A stretch of 30,142 nucleotides of DNA from Chiloscyllium plagiosum (taxonomy: Eukaryota), in NCBI RefSeq assembly GCF_004010195.1, contig NC_057719.1, positions 84,308,658-84,338,799 of the forward strand. Reading direction: 5' to 3'. Made by a program: the position numbers and the translations under genes. The notes beneath the pieces are model-generated. The model was not told the DNA's origin. It ran no database searches and saw only the letters and a program-made list of their open reading frames with translations. Of this stretch, positions 1 through 11,935 are shown in pieces. The first letter of the stretch is position 1. Every line of letters begins with the position of its first letter.

Positions 1-410
1 AGTCTCAGAAACATGACGTTTTCAACCATGACCACCTCAGCACCACTGATGCAGACAGGGGCGTGCCCCCCACTCCACTCCCTGAAGTCAATGAGCAGCT
101 CCTTCATTTTGCTGACATTAATGGAGAGATTGTTGTCTTTACACCATGCCGTTAAGCACCATCTCCTTCCTATATGCTTTCTCATCATTGTTTGAGATCC
201 AACCTACAATAGTGGTGTAGCCAACAAACATGTAAATGGAGTTGTTGTGGAATTTGGCCATGCAGTCATGAGTGGATAAAGAATACAGTAGGGTGCTGAG
301 TACACAGCCTTTTGGGGCATCAGTGTTGGCAATTATCATGGAGGTGGTGTTGTCGCCTGTCCTTACTGACTGTGGTCTGTTGGTCAGGAAGTCAAAAATC
401 CAGATAGAAA
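1..410 (-). mobile_element. Degenerate Rex1/Babar-type LINE reverse transcriptase fragment
   Basis: ORF 139-339(-) APKGCVLSTLLYSLSTHDCMAKFHNNSIYMFVGYTTIVGWISNNDEKAYRKE matches the Rex1/Babar RT motif GAPQGCVLSPLLYSLYTHDC...KFADDTTVVG.ISNNDE; the FADD motif has decayed. Confidence 0.8.
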
Positions 411-497
411 AGGTAATTCAACAGTATCCTCAATAATTATTTATCCTCTATCAAACATAAAGCCATAACATAGAAGGAAAACATTAATTTCCAGGCA

Positions 498-1215
498 CTA
501 CATTATGATGGCAGAGTAGCAACGCAACATGTGGGTTCCTCCGCCCAAGAGGCCAGAGCTTATCAATTTCACTTCTTCCTCTCTTTTTAAAAAATGTTTC
601 CATTCATTATGGTACCTTATCTTCTTAAAACATCTTTGTCGGAAGGAGTCTTCTCTCGGCCCAGACCCTGGCCCAGCCATGAGCTGGCTTCCAGCGGTCC
701 AGAATGGGAGTATAGGCTTGGTGTCAAGTGTGTGGAGCTGGAAAAGCACAGCAGGTCAGGCAGCATCCGAGAAGCAGGAGAATCAATGTTTTGGGCAAAA
801 GCCAGCTGGTAGGATGGTCTCCCGGTGTGGCGATCTTGTCCAGGAGGGGCAGTCTCAACCTGGCATGGAGGGATTCTTTGGCAGAGACAGGTATTCCAGT
901 AGCCCAGCTTGAAGGTCTAGTCACAATGAGGAGATCTCATCTTTGCATGGAGGTCTTATCCTTAATTTGGGGGCAGCTTCGGGATCTTCCAATGGACCAG
1001 TATGGAGGTCCAGTCCCAGTGTGGTGGGGTGGAGCGGTCTCAGCCCAGTTTTCCAGCGTACCCTGAACCCAGGAGCCGTTAATTGAACTGTGATAAACCT
1101 TTACTCTTTTTCCTTCTTTTGTCATTAATTTACGTGTTGCGGTATGGCAACTTATAGAACTTTTCATTGTATTTTTTTGTAAAAATACACATGACAATAA
1201 ATTGCTATTTAAATT
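498..1215 (+). mobile_element. Probable non-autonomous retroelement with a Rex1-like 3' tail, interrupted by a PLE fragment
   Basis: Begins with a GATGGC-type 5' motif near 507. Ends CTTTTCATTGTA...TACACATGACAATAAA (1160-1201), resembling the tail of the Rex1-like copy near 9065-9090. No LINE coding motifs internally. Confidence 0.35.
705..803 (-). mobile_element. Penelope-like terminal fragment (family with GCTGGAAAAGCACAGCAGGTCAGGCAGCATCCGAG)
   Basis: Reverse complement of the segment at ~18760-18835; truncated within hammerhead stem II. Confidence 0.65.
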
Positions 1216-1782
1216 AATATGAGACAACAGGCATAATTTTAAAGTATTTTTCAAAATAATTGATAAATTTCTGCACATTAAAATTCATCATCTTAAACAC
1301 ACCTCCCAAAGACTGGTAAGAAAATAGCTCAAGTGCTTCCACGAAATATGCAAAAAGCGAGAACATTTTAACCAGACAGTTGCAACTGTATTTACTGCAT
1401 TTCAGATCTCAATCTCAGATTTAAATTCTGGCCTCAGTCTTTTGCCAATACTGATTCTCTATGTCCTTTCAACATCCTCATTTCCAGGTAGCCTGCATAC
1501 CTAGACGTCACTCCATGCTGCCAGCTCTTGTGCTTGCTTTACCTTCCCCAGACCCTGCTCACAGTAATAGCTACTCCTCTGGGAACCACTCAACATCAGT
1601 ATGACTTTCATATTGGCTTGCTGCTCTTCTGACGACGAGCCGCTTCTCTCCTACATTTGCTGCTGATTTCAAGGCAGAACTGTCTCTTTGATAGGAGGAG
1701 CAACTCTTAACCATTTCCTCCCATTTAATATGTGAGAGTGAGTGACTTTCCACTAATCATTGCTACCCCCCTCCACCACCAT

Positions 1783-1920
1783 CAATCAAGGGAATAAATG
1801 GTTATAGGAGAAAGGCAAAAGAGTGGAGTTGAGGTTTATCAGATCAGCTATGATCTCAAGAAATGGTAGAGGAGACCTGATGGGCTGACTGGCCTATTTG
1901 TACAATGACATCTTATGTTC
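1783..1920 (+). mobile_element. CR1 LINE 3' end fragment
   Basis: AAGGGAATAAATGGTTATAGGAGAAAGGCA...ATCAGATCAGCTATGATCTC...GATGGGCTGACTGGCCTA is a typical shark CR1 3' terminus. Confidence 0.6.
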
Positions 1921-2234
1921 ACACCATGCTTGAACTTATTAGTGCAGGTGGTCATGCTCCATCCCACTTTATGTGACTTAAATCAAAGACCACTGTAACA
2001 TGCTCCCCCCTGCCCCCGCAACCTTCCTTCTTCCAGGAAAAAAGAAAACCAACCTGTTCAGCCTTTCTAGATAGTTTTGAAACAAAGTCACTGTTGCGTT
2101 GTATGAAAACACAGTTGCCAATGTCTGCATAGCAAGTGCCAGTAAACACCAAACCGGAAGAATTGAGAAGAACTTGCATTTTTCATTTGAAATGTAGTCA
2201 CTGCAGTCACCTAGAAAATTTACTGTTTGTTTCA

Positions 2235-2350
2235 GGGCTGTTGGACCAGAATAAAATGACCAAGACCATGAGCCAACTTCTTTGCTTTTCTTTGAATGTT
2301 GCCACGTGATTTGTTATGACCCACTGACAGGGCAAATGGAGTCTAGCTTT
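2235..2350 (-). mobile_element. Old Deu-domain SINE (SacSINE1/AmnSINE1-like) fragment
   Basis: AACTTCTTTGCTTTTCTTTGAATGTTGCCACGTGATTTGTTATGACCCACTGACAGGGCAAATGGAGTCT resembles the recalled reverse-complement Deu domain and the copy at 25690-25868. Confidence 0.5.
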
Positions 2351-3945
2351 TCCAAATAATTCTGGTGGTGTGGGTAATTGTGCACACTGAATGCTCACTA
2401 TTGTCTTTAACCACTTCCTGCTGCTTCATATCAGGGAGGGAATTCAGAGCTTGGGTCGTTTGGTCAAATCTCAGCTATTAATTAAAGTCAGAGATACTAA
2501 ACACGCCAGAATTAAATGACTGCAAAAAACTTCCAAGGTTTGTATAACTATAAGAGAATACAAACATAGGGAAGTGTGAGCAAATGAAGATATTTGAAAA
2601 CAAGATAAGTATTTTAAGACCATAAAATCTTTTGACCATATAGGTCAGCAGGCAGGGGCAGGCACTGGAAATGTCTTTGCAAGAGTAATTCAGAGCCCCA
2701 GGTCATGGATTCTAATTCCAAACGGTAGATATTGGAATTTGAATTCAATAAGAAAAACTGCAATTAAAAGTTAGTCTAATAGCAATCATGTAAACATAAT
2801 CAATTGCCACAAAAATACCACTGATTTATTACAGAAGAAACATCTGCAGTCTATACTGTGGTTCACATGTAACTCCAGACTCTTAAAATGCCCTCTACAA
2901 ACCACGATGAAGCCTAAGAAAGAACTGAAAGTGGGTGGATCACCTGGAATTGATCTGGACATTGGAAACGACAAGGGCAGACCAGCCCTGCCAACCCTGC
3001 AAAGTGCTCCTGATTAACATTTAGAGGCTTGTGCCATTTTAATATGAGCCGTCCCTTGGACAAGTCGGTCAACAGTTTGATGCTATAGAAGCTACGATTC
3101 CATGAATATGACTATCCCAGAACACCGTCAGCATCCCTCACTATTTCTTGTCTCACCAGCAAGTAAAACTCACCACAGATGGTGGTATATTTGGGAGTTG
3201 TCCTGGGAGTCCTCAAAATCAACTCCAGAGCCTGTGAATTCTCACAGCATTGTCAACCACCTCCTAATTATCATTTCCGCAACCCCGTTTGCTGATGAAT
3301 CAGTATTCCTCCATGTTTAACACTAGGAGAAAGTACTGAGGTGGTAAGGGTAGCATTTAGAGTAGGAGAATTCAACATCCGTCATTGACTTGATATCACG
3401 GACAACTGACTGAGTCCAAAAGAGCAATGTGTAGTAGGTGATCTGGGGATCAACAAGAAAATAAAGAAGCCTATTTGACCTCATCTTTACCAATTCACCT
3501 ATTGCAGAGGCGCCTGTCTATAACAATATCAGTCAAAGTGACCAGTGCACATTCAATGTGGAAATAATCTTTCTTCACACTGAGGACACATTGGGTAGTG
3601 TGGCAGTAACACCTTGCTAAACAATAGACTTTAACACATATTGCAACTCAAAATATGTGATCCATGAGGTGTTATGGGTCATTAGCAGCAGAAATGTGTT
3701 CAAGCTCAAATTGTAACCTTATGGCCTGGCATTTCCCCCACTCAATAATAACATCAAGCCAGCAGGTCAACCCTGATCCAATGAGAAATGTAGCAGAGCA
3801 AAGTAGAGGCAGCACCATGCATATCTAAAAATAACAGGTCAAACTGGTGAAGCTACAACACCGGATAATTTACACATTAAACAGCAAAGCATCATGCAAA
3901 AGACATAGCTAAGCAATGCCACAAGTGACAGGGTTCAGCTCTAAA

Positions 3946-4130
3946 ACAAAATCAGAAATTGCCGGAAAAACTCAGCAGGACTGGAAGCATCTGTGGAGAG
4001 AAAGCAGAGCTAACATTTCAGGTCCTGCGACCTTTTTTCAGAAACATTAACTTGCTGCCAAACTTGCTGAGTTTTTCTTGCAATTTCTGTTTTTGTTTCT
4101 GATTTCCATCATCTGCAGTTCTGTCTTTTC
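3946..4130. mobile_element. Fold-back PLE-derived short element with a degenerate hammerhead motif
   Basis: Arm AACAAAATCAGAAATTGCCGGAAAAACTCAGCAGG is inverted as CTTGCTGAGTTTTTCTTGCAATTTCTGTTTTTGTT. Minus strand ~4010-4041 reads CTGAAAAA-AGGTC-GCAG-GACCT-GAAATGTT. Imperfect TSD TCAGCTCTAAA (3935-3945) / TCAGATGTAAA (4131-4141). Confidence 0.65.
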
Positions 4131-4612
4131 TCAGATGTAAACTTGGCAGTCCTGCTTCACTTGATCATGAACAGTGAAACAACAGAAAGCGGGCATTCTG
4201 CAAATTTGGCCATCCTCAACAATGGGGCAGCCCAATTCATTAGTGCAAAAGATAATGCTGAAGCATTTACATTATTCATCAGCCAGAAGTCTACAGAGGT
4301 CTACAGATCACTCAACTTGATGTCAAGAAATAGCTGTGGGCTCTTCACATTGTGAAGGACACGAGCCCTGACAACATTCCGGCAATTGTACTGAAGGTGT
4401 GCTCCAGAACTTGTCCTGAGTCAAGCTGGTCCAGTACAGCGACAACATTGGCATCCACCTCACAATGTGGAAAACAATGCAGGTAATGTCAAGTCTACAA
4501 AAACCATCCAATCTAGCCAGTTACTGCCCTATAGTGTACTCTTGATTGTCAACAAAATGATAAAAGGGGCAGTCAACAGTGCTAATGAGCAATAGCTGCA
4601 TAGAATAATCTA

Positions 4613-4869
4613 GTTAAAAATCACACAACACCAGGTTGTAGTCCAACAGGTTTATTTGGAAGTACTGTACAAACTTTCAGAGCGCTGTTCCTTTATCAGA
4701 TAGCTAGTGGGGCATAGGAACAGAGGGTGTCCTACCATCCTGCCCCACTAGCTACCTTGATGAAGAAGCAGTGCTCCAAAAGCTTTTACTTCCAAATAGA
4801 CCTATTGGACTATAACCATGGATTTTTAACTTTGTCCATCCCAGTGCAACACCGGGATCTCCACATCAG
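4613..4869. mobile_element. Fold-back PLE-derived short element, two degenerate hammerheads on opposite strands, 10-bp TSD
   Basis: Inverted arms of about 100 bp (GTTAAAAATC...TAGCTAGTGGGGCA / TGCCCCACTAGCTA...GATTTTTAAC) plus a PLE tail. TSD GAATAATCTA at 4603-4612 and 4870-4879. Confidence 0.8.
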
Positions 4870-6468
4870 GAATAATCTACTCACTGATGCTCAGTTTGAG
4901 GGCCACTAAACTCCTAACATCATTAAAGCTTTGATTCAAACACAAGTAAAGAGCTGAATTCCAGAGGTGAGCTGAGACTGACTGCCCTTGGCATTAAGGC
5001 AGCATATGACTGAATGTGTCATCTGGAAGCCTTTGCAAAACTGGAGTCAATAGGAAATCAGAAAAAATCAACAGCAAATCAGAATCATTATCAGCAGAGT
5101 CAGTTATTAACAGGAGTTCAGTCGTGAAAAACTCACCATTACCTCTCTAATTCCTGCCTAAGACACAAGGCGGGATTATGATTGAATTCTCTTCACTTGC
5201 ATGAATGGGTGCAGTTCCAAAACCAATCAAGAATCTCAACTCTAACCAGTTCAAAGTAGCCTGCTTTATTGGCAAGCCACCTAATGCCTTCAACATTCAC
5301 TTCCTTCACCACCAATGCACAATAGCAACAAAGTACATGACGCATTACGGTAACTCTACAAGGATCCTTTGACAGCACTTTCCAAATCCACAACTTCTAC
5401 CGTCTAGAATGAGCAGATGAGAGGGAAGGCCAGCACTTGCAAATTCCCTTCCAAGCCACACACCATCCTCTACAGTTTTCACAGTCAGATTGTCAAGCTT
5501 TTTGTTTTAATCAGGATGGCGAGTGGCGATGTCAGCAGATTTGAGGAGACTGAAATAATCACAACATCATGTAACATGAAAATCAGGAAGGGAAACTGGA
5601 TGGTCAACAGTTTAATGGGAATAAGTTTGAGTCGTGTTAGTCATTGACAAAATGAGCTGAGAGAGAGCAGAAGAGGAGGCAGGAAATCAGAAGACAGAGT
5701 GGAGTTCAGGGCTAGAGGAAGGGAAGAGACAGCTGGTTTTATGGTCTCAACCTTGGTGATGGAATGAATTGTTCTGCAACTACGGACATTGGAAAGGAAT
5801 GTGCTGATTTATTGTTTATTTTGTTCTAATGAAAGATGAGAGGCTGTTGTCTGTGTCTGTGCAGGACAGGCTATAGTTAATTAGCAGCCTATCACTCAGT
5901 GGGGTTGTATGAAATTACAGTTTGTGTACATTACGCTCCCTGTCTGGCAAAATTTAAATATAGTGTGGATCTGTGAGTTGATGGGGGTTAAAAATGGAAT
6001 TGAAGCCTCAGCTACTGTTGCTTCCAAGGAATTACCTGTGCACAAGGTCTTTTTGCTTCATGATGTGAAGTCTGCTCATTCTCCAATTAAAAAGTTTACA
6101 CTGATTAGTTAGCTAAGGATTGGACAGGTGCACAGAGTGAGACCAACAAAAGGGGAAGGAAGAGAGTGGTATCAAAACAGGAGCCTCACACTGACTCAAC
6201 TGACAATGATTCATCTCTTTCAGACATGAGCAAGTATTAGATAAGATTACAACTTGTATTTATTTGTAACACTATAAGATATCCCAAGGTGGTTCACAGG
6301 GTTGTTAAGTGAACATAATCTGACACTGAATCATAACAAGAGATATTAGAACAGATGGTCACATGCTTGGTGAGATAGCTTTTAAGGAGTGTCTTAACAG
6401 AAGAATAAGAAATAGAGCAGAAGAGATTATTTCAAACCTTAGGATGCACGCAGCAAAAGGCAACAGAA

Positions 6469-6598
6469 CTTTAGCGAGTTTTGAGAAGATTTGTAGCTCA
6501 GGTTGAAGTTCTGGATGTAGGTTTGCTCACTGAGCTGGAAGGTTCAGTTTCAGTTGATTGAAACCAAACCCTCCAGCTCAGCAAGCAAACCTACATCT
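6469..6598. mobile_element. Fold-back short element, probably from another PLE family, 9-bp TSD
   Basis: GATGTAGGTTTGCTCACTGAGCTGGAAGGTTCAGTTTCA is inverted as TGAAACCAAACCCTCCAGCTCAGCAAGCAAACCTACATC. TSD GCAACAGAA at 6460-6468 and 6599-6607. Confidence 0.7.
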
Positions 6599-7574
6599 GC
6601 AACAGAAGAATGATTAAAATTATTGATGGTGAGATTTACAGAACAATCTATCACAGAAAGCGATCATTTGGTCCATACTACCCATGCCAGTTCCTTCAGA
6701 GTATGATCTAATCAATACTTTTTCTCAACAGACCTGGAATATATATTCCTTCAAACACTCTTCAAGATTAGTTTTGGATGTTTTCACCACCCTTACAAGT
6801 ACTATAATCCAAATTATAACGAACTACCCCATGTAAAAGAAAACTCTACTCATTTTATCTTTGAATGTTTTGCCAGTAATCTTACATTTTGCTCTGATAC
6901 CAGAAACTGTTCCTCTTTATTTAGTCTATCAAACCCTCATGGTTTTGAGCACCTCTACTGAATCTCTCGTTACCCTCCTCTGCTCCAAGGAGACCAATCA
7001 CAGATCCTCCAAGAAACTGGAAAACACATGTTTCAAGGGGCTAGAATTAGGTGACTGCAGATTTGTCTGAAGGTTGTAAGGCAAGCTGAGTTTGCACAGG
7101 TAAGAATGTCAATATAGGTATTTTATGTAACCTGTTCAGATATGCTATGACACATTCCAAGAGCCATCTTAAATTTTCTCACCATGTAATTTTTATTTCC
7201 AATTCACACTACAAAAGTCAATGATTTCTCATTTCTCCACATTATACTTCATCTGCTACCTTATTAACCAATTACTTAACCTGTCTACATCCCTTTACAG
7301 ACTTGCTGCTCCCTCCTGTTCACTTTACCAGCTACTTATGTAATATTTTTACTCAATGCAATGACACAATAGGTGGGGGTTCAATCCAGAACGTCTGACT
7401 ATAGGTAAAGCTGCTAACACTGCACAACAAGACCCTCCAGGAATGTCAGTATAGATATTTTCTAATCACCCTGCTCAGAAAAGCTACTACACACATTTGG
7501 AGCAGGTGGGACTTGGGATTCCTGACTCAAAGGTAGGGACACATCTACTACATCTAAACAACCAAAGTACATTG

Positions 7575-8068
7575 GGTTAATGTCCTAGGACCATCTTCAG
7601 CTACTTCATCAATGATCTTCCCTCCATCAGAAGGTCAGAAGTGAGGATGTTCACTGATAATTGGGGGCGGAACAGTGGCTCAGTGGTTAGCACTGCTGCC
7701 TCACAGCACCTGGGTCCCAGGTTCGATTCCAGCCTCGGACGACTGTCTGTGTGGAGTTTGCACGTTCTCCCCTTGCGTGGGTTTCCTCCAGTTGCTCCAG
7801 TTTCCTCCCACAGTCCAAAGATGTGTAGGTCAGGTGAATTGGCCATGCTAAATTGCCCATAATGTTAGGTACATCTGTCAGAGGGAAATGGGTCTGGGTG
7901 GGTTACTCTTCGGAGGGTCAGTGTGGACTGGTTGGGCTGAAGGGCCTGGTTCCATACTGTAGGGAATCTAATCTAATCTAATTGTATGATGTTCATCACC
8001 ATTCAAAATTCCTCAAGGACTAAAGTAGTTGCGTCCACATGCAGCAAGACCTTGACAATGTCCAGGTT
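7575..8068 (+). mobile_element. CR1/L2-group LINE RT fragment split by a SINE insertion
   Basis: GTCCTAGGACCATCTTCAGCTACTTCATCAATGATCTTCCC...GGATGTTCACTGATAATTG encodes FINDLP...MF(A)D(D)C and resumes after the SINE at ~7982. Confidence 0.65.
7664..7981 (+). mobile_element. Full-length HE1-like (V-SINE) tRNA-derived SINE
   Basis: Pol III box A TGGCTCAGTGG (7676-7686), box B GGTTCGATTCC (7720-7730), V-domain TGTGTGGAGTTTGCACGTTCTCCCC, CR1-type 3' end GGGCTGAAGGGCCTG and (ATCTA)n tail. Confidence 0.9.
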
Positions 8069-8069
8069 G

Positions 8070-9090
8070 ATCTCAAAACTCCAAGACCTAGGTCTCAGCT
8101 CCGATCTCTGCAACTGGATCCTCAGCTTCCTGACCACAATCAGTGAAGATTGACAACTGCACCTCCTCCACAATAACCCTCAACACTGGACCCCCCTAAG
8201 GAAGTGTTCTTAGCCCCTATTGTACTCCTTGTACACCCATGACTGTGCTGCCAAATTCGGAACAAACGCCATCTTCAAGTTTGCTGATGACATCACCGTG
8301 GCAGGACAGAATTGAAACAACGAGTCAGAATACAGCAAGGAGATCGAGGGCTTGGTGATGTAGTGTAATGAGAACAACCTCACTCTCAGTGTCAGCAAAA
8401 CTAATCAACTTCAGAAAGAAAGGAGGCGAACACTACCCCCATCTACATCAACAGAGCAGAGGTTGGCAGGGTTGACAGCGTCAAGTTCGTCAAAGTGACG
8501 ATAACCGACAATCTGTCCTGGACGCCCCACAGAGAGCCAAGAAGATACAATAATGCCTCTTGTTCTGTAGGCGGCACAGGAAATTTGGCATGTCCATAAG
8601 GACCCTCACAGACTTTTACAAATGCACCATAGAAAGCAAACTGTCCAGGAGCATAACGGCCTGGCATGGCAATTGCTCTGCCTAGATCCATAAGAAACTA
8701 CAAAAGATTGTGTGCACAGCCCAGACCATCACAAAAATCAACCTTCCATCCATGGACTCCATTTTCACAGCTCGTTGCTGTGGAAAGGCTGCCAACATCA
8801 TCAAAGACCCATCCCTCCTGGTTATGCTCTCTTACAACCTCTTCCATCAGGCAGGAGATACAGAAGCTTGAACACATGCACCAGCAGTTTCATGAACAGA
8901 TTCCCTGCCATTGTTAGACTGATGAATGGACTCTCTAACTTCAAATAATGTAGGTCTTGTCAATGTTGATCTTGCCAGTGCACATTCTGTGCGGTGAAAC
9001 CTATATGCCTCTGTCCAAGATTTTTTCTCACCCTATGTACTGTATGTCTTTGCAGAGGGCATATAAAGCTTTTCACTGTACTTAGGTACA
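8070..9090 (+). mobile_element. 5'-truncated degenerate Rex1/Babar-type LINE (RT, C-terminal region, 3' UTR)
   Basis: Reads SVLSPLLYSLYTHDCAAKFGTNAIFKFADDITVAG at ~8203-8306. C-terminal LLQPLPSGRRYRSL (ORF 8712-8948). Tail AAAGCTTTTCACTGTACTTAGGTACAC. Confidence 0.85.
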
Positions 9091-9225
9091 CAAGGTTAAG
9101 GCACTACCATAGCAACACAAGAGTCTGAACAGGAATATCAGTATATGAAGCATTAGCATTAATTGATTAATGAAGACGAAGGAGGTAACAAGTGCTGAAC
9201 CTGAAATGAGCTGTGTGACTGAGTG

Positions 9226-9330
9226 TGGGGCTTTTGTGGCACAGTGGTACTGTCCCTATCTTTTAACCAGGAGACCTGGCTTCTGGTCCCATCTGCTCAG
9301 GTGGTATGGGTTTGATTAGAAAATATCTTG
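9226..9330 (+). mobile_element. Degenerate tRNA-derived SINE
   Basis: Box A-like TGGCACAGTGG and a decayed box B; related reverse-orientation relics at ~7465-7550. Confidence 0.45.
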
Positions 9331-9339
9331 AAAGAAGCA

Positions 9340-10090
9340 AGAAATGAGCTCTGCTTTCAGATTATTTTATAACTGCAACACAATATCTATGACTGAGTGC
9401 TCAATAAACTATATTCACAAGGAAAGATGCCTTGAGTTCTGTTCCACCAACAGGCCTAGATGTTAATTGACAGTGAAGGGGTGAGGTCGTGGAGGAAAAT
9501 TTTAAAGTTGAAGCATGCCGAATGTATCATCATGTCAGCCTGCCCATGAGGGATAAATAAAAGACATTGATGAATAAGAATACTGGCACCAGAGTTTTGG
9601 ATGCTCTCTAAACTTTCAGGGGTGAAAGACAGTAACTAGCAGCGATTTGGAATTATCAACGTTATATGTAATAAAGGCACAGAGGGGAGGTTTTGACAGT
9701 AGATGAACTGAGGTAGAACTGGAAAGATGCACTGGAATGGAGATACAAGTAGGCAGTTTTGGTGATGTGGAGGATATAGTGTTGGAAACTCAACTCAGAT
9801 TCAAGTAGGACTTTGAGATTACTCTGGTCTGGTTCAGCCTCATACAATGGTCAGAATGCAGTCAGTGGTTAGGAAAGAAGAGTTTGCAATAACACCACAG
9901 ATAATGGCTTCAGTATCCCCAATATTTCATTGCAGAAATTTCTGCTCAGCCTATAATGGAAGTAGAACAAAGAATGTGACAGGTCAATGGCAATAGGGGA
10001 CTTGAGAGATATTGTGGAGAGAGCTGGGCATCATTACTGTACATTGTTGGAAGAGATTGCTGATAGGCAGCAAGTAAGAGATGGCCATGA
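9340..10090 (-). mobile_element. Degenerate L2 LINE RT/C-terminal fragment
   Basis: ORF 9662-9847(-) NLKVLLESELSFQHYILHITKTAYLYL corresponds to the L2 motif NLGVLFD.ELSF..HI..ITKTAYFHL. Confidence 0.7.
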
Positions 10091-10137
10091 AAAGGTATCA
10101 GAAGGACTCAGATGTAACCATGTGGGAGCTGCAGGAG

Positions 10138-10350
10138 TGAAATAACTGCACCGAGATTGTATCCTGACACCAAGTCACCCTTTATTTACTAGTGCACAGT
10201 ACAACAGCTGTGGCCAGCTAGCTCAGAGTCAGTCCTCAACTGAAGAGATTCCAATCTTTTGGTGTCCATGGCTTTCCTGGTTGGCCCAGCTTAACGACCT
10301 CAATCAAGAGCCTCATAGTCAATGAGGTCCACCTGGTCCCAATCACTGCA
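10138..10350 (-). mobile_element. Solo LTR of an LTR retrotransposon (probably Gypsy-type)
   Basis: 213 bp, begins TG and ends CA, flanked by a perfect 5-bp TSD AGGAG (10133-10137 and 10351-10355). AATAAA on the minus strand (plus-strand TTTATT at ~10181-10186). Confidence 0.8.
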
Positions 10351-10865
10351 AGGAGATATTTCAGATGATTGTACAGTTACAACTAGGTCAATAGGCATGT
10401 GTAAATTATCAGATTGCAGAGAAGGTATATAGCAGATCCCTAACAGAGAAAACAAGTCTCTTGATCAATTACTGATCCTCTCCACTACCCAGCCCTAATA
10501 GTCTAGCTGACAGTTCCCTCACCTCTGCCTTGATTCCCACTCCAATTGCACGGCTGACTTTCATTCCTCCAGCCTCATTCATTAGCCTACGCTACATCCA
10601 AACCTCATTCTCATCCATCTGTTCATTGACACCGTGTCATTCTTCTCCTACAAAAGGCAGGGACTCCCTGAAACCCTGCATATCCTGCAGGCTCATTGTT
10701 GTTGCTGTAGGCCTCAATCTGAGTGAGACCAATTTGGATCAAGAGGCCCCGGTAGTCCAGTCACAAATGCTTGCCGCACATTTCCGGCTGATAGACACAC
10801 GGGAAAGTAAACAGGATCACTCTTGCTGGAAAGCCTGCTGTAACTGCACCAACTTGGTAACTGTG

Positions 10866-11132
10866 CTGTGTAATCACACTGAATTTTGAAGCCCACTGTG
10901 TAATCACAATGTGTGAACACACCAAACCATGTGCCACACTGGGCAATCACGCTGAATTGCACAACCCCCTGTGTAATCACAATGTGTAAACACACCGAAT
11001 CAAGAATTCACTGAACCACATGCCATGCTTTCTAAACCCACCAAATCATGTATCATGCTTTGTAAACTCAACAAAATACCCATCACATGATGTAAATCAA
11101 CAAGTCTTTGCAACGCATTGTGTAATCACACC
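10866..11132. repeat. Degenerate minisatellite of about 73-bp period built from TGTAATCACA subunits
   Basis: CTGTGTAATCACAATGTGT(G/A)AACACACC occurs at ~10896 and ~10969; further TGTAATCACA(C) copies at ~10869 and ~11121. Confidence 0.7.
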
Positions 11133-11774
11133 CATCTTTTATCATATTTGGTCTCTGAAATGGCCTTGCAATTCAATTCATTTTGGGATGGATATTAAAT
11201 GCTGGCTTCGCCACTGATACACTCAGCCTATGTTTGAGTTTTAAAAAATAATATATCTATACACAGTGCTCCCCTATGCGACACTACCATTCTCACTGCT
11301 TGTACATGTTTACCCACACTCTTCATGCCTTTGCACCAGTAACTCTCACTGCTTTGTATATATACATCCATTATATTGGTCAAATTCCCGTGATTCCATC
11401 ACTGTTCAAAATATTCTAATGCTCAAAACCAAAATGACTTGTAATTTCAAAAAAACTGGAAGTTGGTTTCTCAGCCACTGCAATTCAGAATCTGTCAGAG
11501 ACTTTCCTCAGCTTCCACCACTGGCCTCTGATTACGGTCACCCCCACCAAGTGGATCTCACATCACTGCCCATGAAAGCTTGGAGAAGAATTTCATTGGA
11601 CTACTGCTAGTATAGAAATAGTACAAAGTGGTTCAAGCTCCTTGTGACAATTGGCCAAGGAGCTTTCTAGTGACGCAGACATTACAGCTGATAACAATGA
11701 TATTATATTAGTAGAGGGCTCTAATTCTGTTACAACTCCACCGACTGAAAAATTCCAAGACATCTGAACATCAT

Positions 11775-11935
11775 TTAGAGTCATACAGCAAAGAAACAGA
11801 CCTTTAGATCCAACCAGTCCATGTCGACCATCATCCCAAACTAAACTAATCTCACCTGCCTGCGCTTTGCCCATATTCCTTCCCTCCCCGTGCCCCTCCC
11901 CACCACGATCATTTCTTACTCATGTACTTATCAAG
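11775..11935 (-). mobile_element. CR1 3' tail fragment
   Basis: AGAGTCATACAGCAAAGAAACAGACCTTT...TCCATGTCGACCA...; related copies at 17419-17510 and 20083-20235. Confidence 0.65.

Larger units (their letters stand above)
2680..5470 (+). mobile_element. Highly degraded CR1/L2-group LINE with a SINE-like 5' region and APE endonuclease and RT remnants, interrupted by two PLE fold-back elements
   Basis: Remnant motifs: VGEFNI (~3362), LFDLIFTN (~3471), SDQ (~3537), NLASYCPI (~4510, for NPANYRPI) and TALGIKAAYD (~4981, for TALDIKAAFD). 3' end TTCCCTTCCAAGCCACACACCATCC at ~5444-5468. Confidence 0.7.

Noticed and set aside
7664..7735. tRNA gene
   Set aside because: Box A/B head continues into a V-domain and LINE-derived tail; it is a SINE.
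10738..10788. Acceptor-like tttactttcccgtgtgtctatcag followed by SRKCAASICDWTTGAS* on the minus strand
   Set aside because: No similarity to MTA C-termini and adjacent to a minisatellite; no support beyond a generic acceptor.
10866..11000. CRISPR-like repeat-spacer array
   Set aside because: Vertebrate context, only two main units, spacers are themselves similar, and no cas genes.
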